DNA of 20,000 bases, from the sequence record SRR22947725_3004; one strand, written 5' to 3'. The notes beneath the pieces are model-generated. The model was not told the origin of the DNA. It ran no database searches and saw nothing but the letters and a program-made list of their open reading frames with translations. Positions 1 through 10,308 of this stretch are shown here, one piece after another (the stretch's first letter is position 1; every line of letters begins with the position of its first letter). The position numbers and the translations under genes were made by a program.

Positions 1-2
1 CC

Positions 3-536
3 AAATGGATCATTCCAAAATCAGGTCAGGATCATGCTTTGGCTCCCAAGCAAAAACCGACCAAAGTGGCTGATAAGTTGCAGCATTATGACGCCCTCCG
101 AGCGGCGGTGATCACTTCAGTCACTGGAAGTGTGATAGCATTTGCATCCGGTATGGGACTACCCGTTTCCACAACTTATGTTGCATTTGCGGCCGTCATT
201 TCAACCGGTTGGGCTGACAAAATTTTTACTCGTGGAGATGCCGCTCTGAAAATGGGGCGTACTGTCTGGGTCGTTTTCTGCTGGTTCTTTTCCGCTTTTG
301 TTGCAGCTGCTATTGCTGGGATCACCGCAAAAATAATTCATCTCGGTGGTCTTTATGGCATTGGCATAGGCTTGGCTGGGAATCTTGCGGTCAGGTATGT
401 CATGCGTCAACGTGCCGACAAGCATGAAGCACACCTCAAAGAGCAGGCGCTTGCTCGCAAGAAGGAACTGATTAAAAACGCTGAAAATGGCGAAAATATC
501 AAATTCGCTTCTGATGAAGATGGCGAACAGCTTTGA
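3..536 (+). CDS. Inorganic phosphate transporter (PiT/PHO4 family), C-terminal part; 5' end lies outside the window
   Basis: The frame is open from position 3 (KWIIPKSGQDHALAP...). It carries the C-terminal PiT signature ASGMGLPVSTTYV followed by hydrophobic helices, and lies directly upstream of a phosphate-selective porin. Confidence 0.8.
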   Translation, partial: KWIIPKSGQDHALAPKQKPTKVADKLQHYDALRAAVITSVTGSVIAFASGMGLPVSTTYVAFAAVISTGWADKIFTRGDAALKMGRTVWVVFCWFFSAFVAAAIAGITAKIIHLGGLYGIGIGLAGNLAVRYVMRQRADKHEAHLKEQALARKKELIKNAENGENIKFASDEDGEQL

Positions 537-658
537 TTTTTTGCGTAACTCATCACTGGTAACTAGATAATGTTTTATGAGGCAGTCTTTTGTGCAGTCT
601 CTGGGCAAATTGAGAACTGTCATCAACTTGCTCGAGTCAAACGGTTAGTTCATCTGCT

Positions 659-1826
659 CCTGTTGATCCTAACGAACTTAAGCTCAGATTCGGTAACGGT
701 TTGAAGTTTCAAGCTGCCGATGGAGAGACATGGAAAGGCGAAGTGGGAGGACGGTTTCACTGGGACGTCTCGGGTTATGACGAGGATGGTGATGTCAATG
801 GTGGCACTGAGTTCCGACGGTTACGTCTCTCTTCTGAAGGGGAATTCGGGTTGGCAGCACCTTTGTACTACAAGGCAGATGTAGATTTTGCGGGTAATGA
901 TTCGGTGATGAAGGATGTTTATGTCGGATTTAAAAACCTTCCCTTGATCGGTGATATTAGATTGGGACATATCAAAGAACCTTTCAGTATGGAAGAGTTA
1001 GGAAGTTCCAAGCACATGGGACACGTTGAGCGTGCGTCCCTCAATGAAGCCTTGGTTCCAAGTCGCAACAACGGTGTTCAGATTTCCGATACAGCCTTTG
1101 ACGACCGAATGGGCTGGGCAGCAGGGTGGTTCGCCGAAGTGGACCGGACGAACATCAATGAAATAGATGGTAATCACCATTTCACAGGAAGATTGTTTGG
1201 TGTTCCCTACTTGAGCAAGGACGAACAAACACCGAGCATGTGGCTGTCGGCATGGTGGGTAGTTATGCAAATATTCAAGATGATACTTCAAGGCACCGCG
1301 CTAGACCTGAAGGTCATCTTACACCCAGACTAGTTGATACTGGAAATTTTCAGCAGATAGCTGCTATCTAAGTGGCCTGGAGACGGCATTCGTGCACGGG
1401 CTTTTTTCAGTCCAGGCTGAATATGTGCACAATCAAAGCGATCTAGTTGGAGGTGGAAATGCTGATTTTGCCGGACGCTACGCTTATGGTAGCTGGTTTC
1501 TGACGGGTGAGAGTCGCGTGGATGCTTATAAACCCAAGTTGGGATTCTACGATCGCATCAAACCAAAACGAAATTTCTCCATTACCAACGGTGGATTAGG
1601 TGCTTGGGAATTGACACTGCGATATTCAAATTTAGATCTCAATGATGGAAGCATCATGGGCGGTGAGATGGATGTTGTGACCGCTGGATTGAATTGGTAT
1701 CTCAGCCCCACTGTAAGGGCTATCTTCAACTACGGCATTGCTTACGTGGAGCGAAATGACAGTCAAGGCATTTTACGGGACGGCGCAGTGGACATGGCTC
1801 AATTCCGTTTTCTGGTAAATTTCTAA
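659..1826 (+). pseudogene. Phosphate-selective porin OprO/OprP family, disrupted by two -1 frameshifts and lacking an intact start/signal peptide
   Basis: The first frame gives LKLRFGNGLKF, GGRFHWD, GTEFRRLRL, YKADVDFAG and GHIKEPFSMEEL. A second frame (~1237-1350) gives HVAVGMVGSY...RHRARPEGHLTPRLVDTGNF. A third frame from 1350 gives SADSCYLSGLETAFVHGLFSVQAEY...SWFLTGESR...GAWELTLRYS...GLNWYL...FRFLVNF with a terminal Phe. There is an in-frame TGA at 611-613 and no ATG between it and the porin sequence. The 5' boundary is approximate. Confidence 0.85.
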
Positions 1827-2084
1827 AATATTGAGATATTGTTGGAGCCAGCAGATGGGAATACTGAATCAGTTCTCAAGCATTGAAAGGATGACGCTCT
1901 GATCTGCGGTCGGTTTTAACTTTTCTAGCTCTTATGGGGAAACGCTAACCGATATTGCTACGTCAACAAGCGCCACGATCCTCATTCAATTGATGAGCAT
2001 AGACCAGCTGAAACCATTTGGAGCTCGTCAACCCCAGTAACAGAAGCCTAGTGATTTTAATGTCTTTTGTTACGGGAGTCGCCA

Positions 2085-3089
2085 CTACGATCGCGTTGAC
2101 ATACCGGCCTGCCGGTCTACCTTGGCTTCGATTTCATGGAGGATATGGTCGGTCGTGATTCCTTCGGCTTCGGCTTCGAAGTTGGGGATAAGACGGTGCC
2201 TGAGAGCCGGCAGGATGGATTGTTGAATGTCATCAAAACTGACATTGAATCGACCCTCAGTCAGGGCCCTTGCTTTAGCCGCAAGAATTAACGTTTGTGC
2301 ACCTCGAGGACTGCTTCCGAAGCGCAGGTATTGATTGGTGATATCCTCTGCAGTTTCGGTTTGTGGGTGCGTGGCAAGAATCAGCCTTACGGCGTAATCC
2401 CTGACGTGCTTCGGCACAGGGACTTGGCGGACCAGTTCCTGATATTCGCAAATTTTGTTTCCGTCCAAGATCTCAGTTACTTCGATTTTCCGACCATCGG
2501 TGGTTCGATTGATGACTTCAGTAAGTTCATCGCCCGATGGATAGGTCACCACGAGTTTGAAGAAGAATCGATCGAGCTGTGCTTCAGGCAGGGGATAGGT
2601 GCCTTCCTGATCAATGGGGTTTTGAGTGGCAAGAACGAAGAACGGGCTTGCCAGTTTTCGGATTTCCCCTCCAGCCGTGACACTTTTTTCCTGCATGGCT
2701 TCAAGCATGGCGGATTGTGTCTTGGGCGTGGCGCGGTTGATTTCATCAGCCAGCACAAGATGCGCGAAGATGGGGCCTTTTTGAAATTCGAAAGCCTTCC
2801 TTCCTTCCTGCGTCTCGACGACAAGATTGGTGCCGAGAATATCTGCTGGCATCAGGTCAGGAGTGAATTGTATGCGATTGAAGGAAAGGTTGAGCGCCTG
2901 ACTCAAGGTGCGCACCAGTAATGTTTTTCCCAAACCTGGCACCCCTTCAAGTAGCACGTGGCCGCCGGCGAATACTGCAATCAAGGTTCCGTCCACAATA
3001 TCTTCATGACCCACGATGACCTTTCCAATCTCGGATTTCAGACGGTTGTAGTCTTCCCTGAAAAGACCGATTTTTTCCTCAATACTCAT
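2085..3089 (-). CDS. moxR: MoxR-family AAA+ ATPase
   Basis: HVLLEGVPGLGKT (Walker A), RIQFTPDLMPADILG, LADEINRATPKTQSAMLEAMQE (Walker B), ATQNPIDQEGTYPLPEAQLDRF, GSSPRG and LRHR are all canonical MoxR motifs. Confidence 0.95.
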   Translation of the reverse strand: MSIEEKIGLFREDYNRLKSEIGKVIVGHEDIVDGTLIAVFAGGHVLLEGVPGLGKTLLVRTLSQALNLSFNRIQFTPDLMPADILGTNLVVETQEGRKAFEFQKGPIFAHLVLADEINRATPKTQSAMLEAMQEKSVTAGGEIRKLASPFFVLATQNPIDQEGTYPLPEAQLDRFFFKLVVTYPSGDELTEVINRTTDGRKIEVTEILDGNKICEYQELVRQVPVPKHVRDYAVRLILATHPQTETAEDITNQYLRFGSSPRGAQTLILAAKARALTEGRFNVSFDDIQQSILPALRHRLIPNFEAEAEGITTDHILHEIEAKVDRQAGMSTRS

Positions 3090-3122
3090 TCGATAAAATT
3101 TACTGTTTCTTGATGTTAAGAT

Positions 3123-5057
3123 TCATGGCCCCAATTCGTCGAAGTAATCGCGCACGGTGGTCTGGTAAGCCCTTGGAATACGTTGCTGGCTGAGTGCGCT
3201 TTGGGCATCTGCCTGAGCTGCTGTGACAGACTCCGTGAACTCAACTCGACTTTGTCCTTTTATGCTCAAACCCTTCAAAGTGATGCTACGCATGGGGGCA
3301 CTTGAGTTAAACTGACCTTTTATTTTTGTCGAGGTCAGTCCATCTACCAACTTGCCTTCGCCTCGGTCTGTGGGGCCCTTGCCTGCCACCTCTGGACGCG
3401 TGACACCCGAGTTGTCAGCAGCCTGTTGCGGTAATTTGTTTTGCCACGTGCCACCTTCCTCGCCCCAGGTGCCAACACCCTTGCCCGGTTTGCCGCCAGG
3501 TTTGAAACCGGGTTTGCTAGATTGGCCCCAGCTCATGCCATTGCCAACGCTCATTTTCGCGGTTGCAAGATTCTCCAGGCTGGCCATCAGGGATTGCATG
3601 TCACCGAACTGATCCATCAGGTTTTCAAGTTCACCGGCTGCCGTCAGCAAGGATTTTGCAGCACCCGCTTGATCGCCTTGCTGCATTTGCTTGGCGGCTT
3701 TCTTGAGAAAGTCCTGCACTATCCCATAGTCAGCTGCCTCTGGGATGGCCTTTTGGAGTTCTTTCAGCATTTTTTGAAGTTCCTCCTCTGATAGTTGCCC
3801 GGAAGTCAACTTGTTGGATTTGTCTATCAAGTTTTGACGGGCAAATGTGGCCTGTCCTTTTTCAAGTTGTTCTGCAAGATTTTTGCCAATCTGATCCATT
3901 TGCATTTGAAGGTTTTGGAGTTCGCTGGACATTTGAGCTGTCTTCTCCATATCGATCTGAGCATCCCCCAAATGTTTGAGGAATTTTTCCAAATCGCCTG
4001 ACTTCAGATTTGCAAGTGCGGCCTCAAGTTGCTCCGAGGATATTCCAGTTTGTGCAGCTTTCTGAGCCATTTCACCGAGTTGTTGAGTCAGGGATTGTTT
4101 CAGGGCTTCGTTCATGCCTCCTTCGGGACTTTGAAGGCCTGAAGCTGTTTGCTTCAGCTGGTCGAGTTCACGTTGCATTTCCTGCAGTTCAGATGATGAA
4201 GTCGCATTTTCTCCCATTTGCTGTTTGAGCGAATCCATGCGTTTCTGCATGGCATTGAGATTTTTGGGCGAAGCGGACTCCGCAGGAGTGCGAGCTGCTT
4301 TCTGCATGCGCTTGAGTGCAGGTTTTCGGTCAAGACTTGTGTGTTCTTTCCTTAATTTTTCGGTGACCTTGGCCAAGTCCCTGAGGGCATTGCTGCGCTT
4401 CAATTTGCCCTTGCTCAACTGCGTGCCGAGCTCTGCCACATCTGCCATGGCGGATTCGGTGGGTTTCAGTGCAGGGGGCCGTTTTTTGATTTCCTGTCGG
4501 ATGAATGTTACCAGCTGTTTTCCAGTATTTTTAATGATGGCCTCTTCACGTTTTTTTTCAACATAGGCTTCGGTTCGATATTCGGGTGCAAAACCAAGTC
4601 CGACGCTGACTGCCAGAACGAGAACCGACCATTTTGCTGCAGAGGGCAGTTTAAAACAGACCAGATTTCTGGGCTTGACCTGTTCAATGAAATGCTTTGC
4701 GTCCTTGAGAATGAAATTTCCCCAAGTCTCTCTCTCCTGGAATTCGAGGGCGGCGGTGAAGCGTTCTTTGAGTTTGCATTGATCATCCACCCACTGCGCC
4801 GTTTCGCCAAGGTCAACAGGCTTGAACAAACTTCGGGCCTGCCCAATGATCGTCATCGTAACCCATGCAGCGCCTGACCACGCCAAGACCTCGAAAGGGA
4901 CAGGGAATAATTTGAAAACAATCAGTGTGGAGAGCCAAAGCAATGCTCCCCAGAAAAATCCTTTCCACAGACCCATCCAGGATTGTTGCCAGCGACGGCG
5001 TTTGCCAGCGTGCATCAATTTTTGTTCAACGAGTTTGCGATCCTTCATGGCGGCCAC
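3123..5057 (-). CDS. Membrane-anchored coiled-coil protein associated with MoxR (hypothetical); start may be the ATG at 5048
   Basis: 644 aa ORF with N-terminal hydrophobic segments, a LKERFTAALEF motif, a long Q/E/K/M-rich helical region, a Gly-rich linker (GFKPGGKPGKGVG) and a C-terminal IPRAYQTTVRDYF motif. It ends 33 bp upstream of moxR on the same strand. Confidence 0.75.
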   Translation of the reverse strand: MAAMKDRKLVEQKLMHAGKRRRWQQSWMGLWKGFFWGALLWLSTLIVFKLFPVPFEVLAWSGAAWVTMTIIGQARSLFKPVDLGETAQWVDDQCKLKERFTAALEFQERETWGNFILKDAKHFIEQVKPRNLVCFKLPSAAKWSVLVLAVSVGLGFAPEYRTEAYVEKKREEAIIKNTGKQLVTFIRQEIKKRPPALKPTESAMADVAELGTQLSKGKLKRSNALRDLAKVTEKLRKEHTSLDRKPALKRMQKAARTPAESASPKNLNAMQKRMDSLKQQMGENATSSSELQEMQRELDQLKQTASGLQSPEGGMNEALKQSLTQQLGEMAQKAAQTGISSEQLEAALANLKSGDLEKFLKHLGDAQIDMEKTAQMSSELQNLQMQMDQIGKNLAEQLEKGQATFARQNLIDKSNKLTSGQLSEEELQKMLKELQKAIPEAADYGIVQDFLKKAAKQMQQGDQAGAAKSLLTAAGELENLMDQFGDMQSLMASLENLATAKMSVGNGMSWGQSSKPGFKPGGKPGKGVGTWGEEGGTWQNKLPQQAADNSGVTRPEVAGKGPTDRGEGKLVDGLTSTKIKGQFNSSAPMRSITLKGLSIKGQSRVEFTESVTAAQADAQSALSQQRIPRAYQTTVRDYFDELGP

Positions 5058-5150
5058 AGTGCACTATGCCTCAAGTCAACCGGAAGACCAGTGAAAATTT
5101 ATGGAGGTATGGCGTTTTATTTAATTGATTCGGAACAACTTGAGGTGCCC

Positions 5151-5194
5151 AATTGATCCATCATAATGGTGCAATTGAATCTAAATTGAATCTA
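5151..5194 (-). promoter_or_regulatory. 11-bp direct repeats upstream of the coiled-coil/moxR genes; candidate transcription factor site
   Basis: AATTGAATCTA occurs twice in tandem at 5173-5183 and 5184-5194, with a related copy AATTGATCCAT at 5151 in the same 11-bp register. Confidence 0.35.
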
Positions 5195-6808
5195 TTTTCC
5201 AAGCACCGAAAAATCTGCGAAAGCGAAATACAACGCAAGGACCACCACCGCGAGTCCAATGCCCATGGGCATGGCCCATTTCCATGGTGTTAGATCGACC
5301 TGAGCGGAGTCTTTGTGCTCCCAGGGTTTACTGAGAGGGCTTATGACTCGACTGATCATCATGATGATGATGAGGCCTGCAAATACGGCTCCAAGGAAAT
5401 GGAATTCATGCATGGTATCCACATGTTTGCTCAGCGCCGGAATAAAATAGCCCAAAGCAATTGAAATAAAACCCACCATGAGTGCCGCATTCGCTCCCCA
5501 TGCCGGAATGCGCTTGTTGAGGATACCTAGAAGTACAACCGAGAATATGGGGATGAAATAGAGGCCATTCATTTTTTGGAGGTAGCCAAAAATACTATCC
5601 TGTCCCGCCAGCAGAGGGGCCACAATCATTGCAAGCAGTGCGATGGCAATACCAAAAATTTTCCCGACTCTGATGACCCTGGCGTCATCTGTCTGCTCTC
5701 GACTGATCAGTTGTTTGTAAATGCCGAGACTGAAAAGAGTGGCGGTGCTGTTGAGGGCGGAGTTGAAGGAGCTCAGAATTGCTCCCACCATGACTGCCGC
5801 AAAGAAACCTGCCAGAGGTTTGGGAAGTACATTACTCACCAAGGTGCCATACGCATGATCTCCTTTGATATTGTCCCCTGCGTAGAGGTGAAAAGCAATG
5901 ATGCCAGGCAGAACCAGAATGATGGGGGCGAGTACTTTAAATATTCCTGCGATCAGAACCCCTTTCTGTCCTTCCTTCAGTGTACTGGCTCCGAAAGTGC
6001 GTTGAATGATCTGTTGATTGGTGCACCAGTAGAACAGATTCAGCAGCAGCACGCCGGTAAATAATGTTGAAAATGGAACTGAGGATTCACTGCCGCCGAT
6101 AGAATTGAATTTTTCGGGGTGAGCTTCTTTCATTTCCCTCAATGCTGCAAAGATGCCGCCGTCGTTCACTGCTGATAGCCCGAAATAGGTAATCAATATG
6201 CCTCCAACGAGAAGTCCAAACCCATTGAGCGTGTCGGATACCGCCACGGACCGCAGTCCTCCAAAAATAGCGTAAATGGACCCTATAATGCCAATCATCC
6301 AAACCGTGATCCATAGAATGGTTGTATCTGATTGAATCCCAGTGAGTGCTTTCAAATCGAGGATTCCAGCCAGACCGGTAGCTCCTGTGTAAAGAATGAT
6401 GGGGAGCAGGATACCAGCGTAAGCCAGAATGAATATAAAGCTGGTGATCGAGCGCGTTATGCCATCATAACGTTCTTCCAAAAACTGCGGCACTGTTGCG
6501 ATGCCGCTTCGCAGGTATCTGGGTAGAAAGAAGAGTGCCATGAAAACCAAGGACAAGCCCGCAATTACCTCCCAGGCCATCACGGCAATCCCATCATTGA
6601 ACGCAGCTCCATTGAGCCCAACCAGCTGCTCGGTGGACAAGTTGGTCAGTAGCAATGATCCAGCGATAAAACCACCTGTGAGTGAGCGTCCAGCCAGAAA
6701 ATAGCTATCCGAGGTAGCTTCGTTTTTTCCGCGGGTTTTCCACCAGGTCAGGAATCCAACCAAACCGGTACAAAAGACAAATGACAATATGGTAATTGAG
6801 GGCATCAT
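5192..6808 (-). CDS. Sodium:solute symporter (SSS family, YidK-like); likely start at ATG 6808 or 6805, not 6931
   Basis: [68 protein letters not shown] and [13 protein letters not shown] motifs, with many transmembrane helices. Confidence 0.92.
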   Translation of the reverse strand: MMPSITILSFVFCTGLVGFLTWWKTRGKNEATSDSYFLAGRSLTGGFIAGSLLLTNLSTEQLVGLNGAAFNDGIAVMAWEVIAGLSLVFMALFFLPRYLRSGIATVPQFLEERYDGITRSITSFIFILAYAGILLPIILYTGATGLAGILDLKALTGIQSDTTILWITVWMIGIIGSIYAIFGGLRSVAVSDTLNGFGLLVGGILITYFGLSAVNDGGIFAALREMKEAHPEKFNSIGGSESSVPFSTLFTGVLLLNLFYWCTNQQIIQRTFGASTLKEGQKGVLIAGIFKVLAPIILVLPGIIAFHLYAGDNIKGDHAYGTLVSNVLPKPLAGFFAAVMVGAILSSFNSALNSTATLFSLGIYKQLISREQTDDARVIRVGKIFGIAIALLAMIVAPLLAGQDSIFGYLQKMNGLYFIPIFSVVLLGILNKRIPAWGANAALMVGFISIALGYFIPALSKHVDTMHEFHFLGAVFAGLIIIMMISRVISPLSKPWEHKDSAQVDLTPWKWAMPMGIGLAVVVLALYFAFADFSVLGK

Positions 6809-6929
6809 GATTCTGGGCTGATTTAGTAAACAGCATTGTTGGTTTTCCTGCTGTAATTCAAGATCAAAGTCCCTTTTGGCGATTCGGACATTGCTCATCG
6901 AAGGCCTTTCTGGTACCGGTTGGTGTGTC

Positions 6930-9515
6930 ATGTCTTCTGTTCAAACCGAGATGAATCTGATTGCCTTTCCGCATCAACAGGGTGAAAACCCGGTTGAGGT
7001 GGACGGTAAATTCTTTCGGTTGAAAGGAGAGTTATGGCCACTCAAGGGGGTGGCTTATGGTCCATTTGGTCAAGATCCGAAAATAGATGCGTTTGCATCC
7101 AGAGAACGAACGCTCAAAGATTTTGAACTCATCAGGTCAGCCGGACTCAACGCACTCCGGGTATATCACGTACCACCGCAGTGGTTCATGGATATGGCTC
7201 AGGATCATGCCTTGAAGTTATGGGTTGATCTTCAATGGGGACAGCATCATGCCTTTCTGGATTCCAAGCGAGACCGTAAAAAAATCCGAAAGGATATCGC
7301 CTTGAAAGTAAGACAAATAGGGAATCATTCCTCTATTTTTGCTTTATGCATCGGTAATGAGATCTCCTCCGAACTGATACGTTGGCAAGGGGCTACCAAT
7401 GTCTCACGGTTTTTGGACGAACTGGCAGACGTGGTGCATCAAATCAGATCCTCCCTGCTTTGCACTTATGGCAACTATCCTTCCACCGAATACCTGCATC
7501 TTCAGGAAATTGATTTCTTATCCTTCAATATCTACCTCCATGATCCAGAGGCCATGAGTCGCTATCTGGCTCGACTGCAGCTTTTAGCAGACAGTCGCCC
7601 CTTAGTCGTAGGAGAGTTCGGGATGGATACTTTGTCTCAAGGGACCGCCAAACAGGCTCAGTTTCTGAGAGAACAATTGCAGGCGATTGAAAAAAGTGCC
7701 TGCGCAGGTTCCGTCGTTTTTGCATTTACCGATGAATGGTATAAAGACGGGAAGAGGGTCAAAGACTGGTCATTTGGTGTTACGGATACACATCGACAGG
7801 TAAAACCATCTTTCGAAGTTTTGAAACAATATTTCAAAGCTCAGGCACCCTCCGTGTTACTTGAAGGTACCCCCTTGGTGTCTGTGGTGGTTGCCGCCTA
7901 CAATGCAGGGGGGACCCTCGAGTCGTGCCTGCAATCACTCGAGCGGTTGGAATATCCAAACTTTGAAGTCATCATCGTCAATGATGGTTCGCATGACAAC
8001 ACTTCGGTGATTGCGGCAAAGTTTCCGCAGTTCAATTTCGTTGATTTGGGAAGCAATCGTGGATTATCTGCGGCCAGGAATGCCGGTATCCGAAAAGCAA
8101 AGGGGTCCATTATTGCCTTTACTGATGCAGATTGTGAGGTCGATTCATTATGGCTTCGGTTTTTGGTCGAGGCATTTGAGAACCATGACTGGGCCGCTGT
8201 AGGAGGGCCCAATATTCTCCCCAACGAAGATGGTCCTGTCGCCGCTGCAGTCATGGTTACCCCTGGAGGCCCTGCTCATGTGATGCTGACCGACCAAATT
8301 GCCGAACATATTCCTGGATGTAACATGGCCTTTCGCGCCCAAGCTTTGGAAAGAGTCGGTGCCTTTGATCCTCAGTTTCGAATTGCTGGAGATGATGTGG
8401 ATCTTTGTTGGCGTCTGCTGATGAAAAAGATGGTCATCGGTTTTGCTCCAGGGGCCTTTGTATGGCACCACAGACGTTCTACAATCAGTGCTTTTCTTAA
8501 ACAGCAAATGGGCTACGGGCGAGCCGAGTCGCTTCTCTGTCGAAAGTTTCCCTCGATGTTCAACGCACAGGGAGATCATGTGTGGAATGGTCGCATCTAT
8601 GCAAACTATGATGGGGGGAATCCACTGGAAACCTCCAGAGTTTACCATGGACTTTATGGGTATGGTGCTTTTCAGCCCATGTATGGTTCGGCACCTTCCC
8701 GTCTGGTGGCTTTATTGACTTCTTTGGAATATCACCTGCATACCACTTTGCCGCTCTTGATTGCCGGTTCAGGTTTTCCTGTATTCGGGCTACTGGCGGG
8801 GATGAACGTGATCGCAACTTTAATGCTTGCGGTGGCCTGCTCCCTGACAGCTCCCGTCGCCTCTGACAAACGACGTTGGTGGTCTGGTTTGTTGCTGGCA
8901 TGGTTATATTTGTTGCAGCCTTTGGCGCGCAGCTCTGCACGATTGCAGCAGTGGGCACGCATGCGTCGCATGGGCAGCGCTTCTCGTGAGCGCATTGAAG
9001 CTCTATCTTTGAGCTACACAGATGGGATATTTGACAGGGTTTCATTTTGGAATGAAACCGCATACGGACGCCCGGACTTCTTTGCCAGTTTCAAAACTAA
9101 ATTGAAGGATGTGGGTTGGGATGTGTCGCTACAAACTGACTGGACTAGTTTTGATGCATGGTTGCCGGGAGGGCTTGCTTTTGACTTGCACCTCTATTCG
9201 GTGGACGAGTATTTCGATGGTGGCAAGCGGCGAGTCTTGTTTCGCTTGAACCCCGTGCCCACCGTGATCACACGAGTATCAGGATTGATGATTGCAGGAG
9301 CTTGCCTGGCATGGATCGCAAAGCTAGGGCTGGCCGTCACGAGTGTGGTCTTACTAGTTTTGATTTTACTCAGCGTATTTGCCGCTTATCGGTATCTGCG
9401 CAAAAAATTACTGGCAGAGTGTCTGGTAGTCATTGTTGAAACAGCTGACAGCCTTGATTGGCGGCTTCTCAATCTCGACGATGAGATCGCTTCAGAAAAA
9501 CGCAAACGCACATGA
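6930..9515 (+). CDS. Fusion of a clan GH-A (GH2/GH5-like) TIM barrel, a GT2 glycosyltransferase and C-terminal membrane helices
   Basis: N-terminal part: [23 protein letters not shown] (acid/base Glu) and VGEFG (nucleophile Glu). Central GT2: [30 protein letters not shown] (DxD), GCNMAFR and GDDVDLCWR. The C-terminus is hydrophobic. The start is placed at ATG 6930. Confidence 0.88.
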   Translation: MSSVQTEMNLIAFPHQQGENPVEVDGKFFRLKGELWPLKGVAYGPFGQDPKIDAFASRERTLKDFELIRSAGLNALRVYHVPPQWFMDMAQDHALKLWVDLQWGQHHAFLDSKRDRKKIRKDIALKVRQIGNHSSIFALCIGNEISSELIRWQGATNVSRFLDELADVVHQIRSSLLCTYGNYPSTEYLHLQEIDFLSFNIYLHDPEAMSRYLARLQLLADSRPLVVGEFGMDTLSQGTAKQAQFLREQLQAIEKSACAGSVVFAFTDEWYKDGKRVKDWSFGVTDTHRQVKPSFEVLKQYFKAQAPSVLLEGTPLVSVVVAAYNAGGTLESCLQSLERLEYPNFEVIIVNDGSHDNTSVIAAKFPQFNFVDLGSNRGLSAARNAGIRKAKGSIIAFTDADCEVDSLWLRFLVEAFENHDWAAVGGPNILPNEDGPVAAAVMVTPGGPAHVMLTDQIAEHIPGCNMAFRAQALERVGAFDPQFRIAGDDVDLCWRLLMKKMVIGFAPGAFVWHHRRSTISAFLKQQMGYGRAESLLCRKFPSMFNAQGDHVWNGRIYANYDGGNPLETSRVYHGLYGYGAFQPMYGSAPSRLVALLTSLEYHLHTTLPLLIAGSGFPVFGLLAGMNVIATLMLAVACSLTAPVASDKRRWWSGLLLAWLYLLQPLARSSARLQQWARMRRMGSASRERIEALSLSYTDGIFDRVSFWNETAYGRPDFFASFKTKLKDVGWDVSLQTDWTSFDAWLPGGLAFDLHLYSVDEYFDGGKRRVLFRLNPVPTVITRVSGLMIAGACLAWIAKLGLAVTSVVLLVLILLSVFAAYRYLRKKLLAECLVVIVETADSLDWRLLNLDDEIASEKRKRT

Positions 9516-10306
9516 AACACTATTTGGAATTACTCAAACTTGTCCTCGAAGAAGGCAGGGAAAAGACCGACCGAACCGGGACTGGTACATTGGCCGTATT
9601 TGGGGCGCAGGCGCGTTTTCCCTTGCAGGAATCCTTTCCTGTTCTAACTACCAAGAAACTACATTTGCGGAGTATTATTCATGAACTTCTCTGGTTCTTG
9701 AAGGGGGATACCAATATCGCTTACTTGAACGAACACCGAGTGAGTATCTGGGATGAATGGGCGGATGGTAATGGCAATCTTGGGCCTGTGTATGGCGCGC
9801 AGTGGTGTGATTGGAAAACTCCGGATGGACGCTCTATTCATCAGATTGATCAAGTGATTGAAGATATCAAAAAAACACCCGACAGCCGTAGATTGGTCGT
9901 ATCTGCCTGGAATGTTGGTGAGATTGACCAGATGGCCCTGGCACCTTGTCATGCATTATTTCAGTTCTTTGTGATTGATGGGGAACTCAGCTGTCAGCTT
10001 TATCAGCGAAGCGCCGATCTGTTTCTCGGAGTGCCCTTCAACATTGCTTCCTATGCGCTTTTGACCATGATGGTGGCGCAGGTATGCGGTTTGAAACCTG
10101 GCACTTTTGTCCATACTTTTGGGGATTTGCACCTTTATTCCAATCACCTTGAGCAAGCGAAACTGCAACTCACCCGCGAGCCGCGCCCTCTACCAAAAAT
10201 GATTTTGAATCCTGAAATCAAGAATATACACGATTTTCGGTATGAAGATTTCAAACTGGAAGGTTACGACCCTCATCCTTCCATCAAGGCTCCTATTGCG
10301 GTTTGA
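9512..10306 (+). CDS. thyA: Thymidylate synthase
   Basis: [33 protein letters not shown] (catalytic Cys), [18 protein letters not shown] and HLYSNH. The start overlaps the upstream stop (ATGA). Confidence 0.98.
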   Translation: MKHYLELLKLVLEEGREKTDRTGTGTLAVFGAQARFPLQESFPVLTTKKLHLRSIIHELLWFLKGDTNIAYLNEHRVSIWDEWADGNGNLGPVYGAQWCDWKTPDGRSIHQIDQVIEDIKKTPDSRRLVVSAWNVGEIDQMALAPCHALFQFFVIDGELSCQLYQRSADLFLGVPFNIASYALLTMMVAQVCGLKPGTFVHTFGDLHLYSNHLEQAKLQLTREPRPLPKMILNPEIKNIHDFRYEDFKLEGYDPHPSIKAPIAV

Positions 10307-10308
10307 TC

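Noticed and set aside
617-635. Pho box upstream of the porin (CTGTCAT at 617-623)
   Set aside because: Only one half-site is present, with no second repeat 11 bp away, and it probably lies in former coding sequence.
2295-2921. 208 aa antisense ORF within moxR, and other shadow ORFs such as 5576-6064, 8148-8648, 8560-9063 and 15959-16516
   Set aside because: They lie entirely over well-supported genes and show no recognisable motifs, as expected for antisense open frames.
6809-6931. Apparent head-to-head overlap of the SSS ORF (to 6931) and the GT ORF (from 6876)
   Set aside because: This is an artefact of longest-ORF start choice. Plausible starts at 6808/6805 and 6930 leave a normal divergent intergenic gap. 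The same applies to SDR/sulfatase at 17523-17534.
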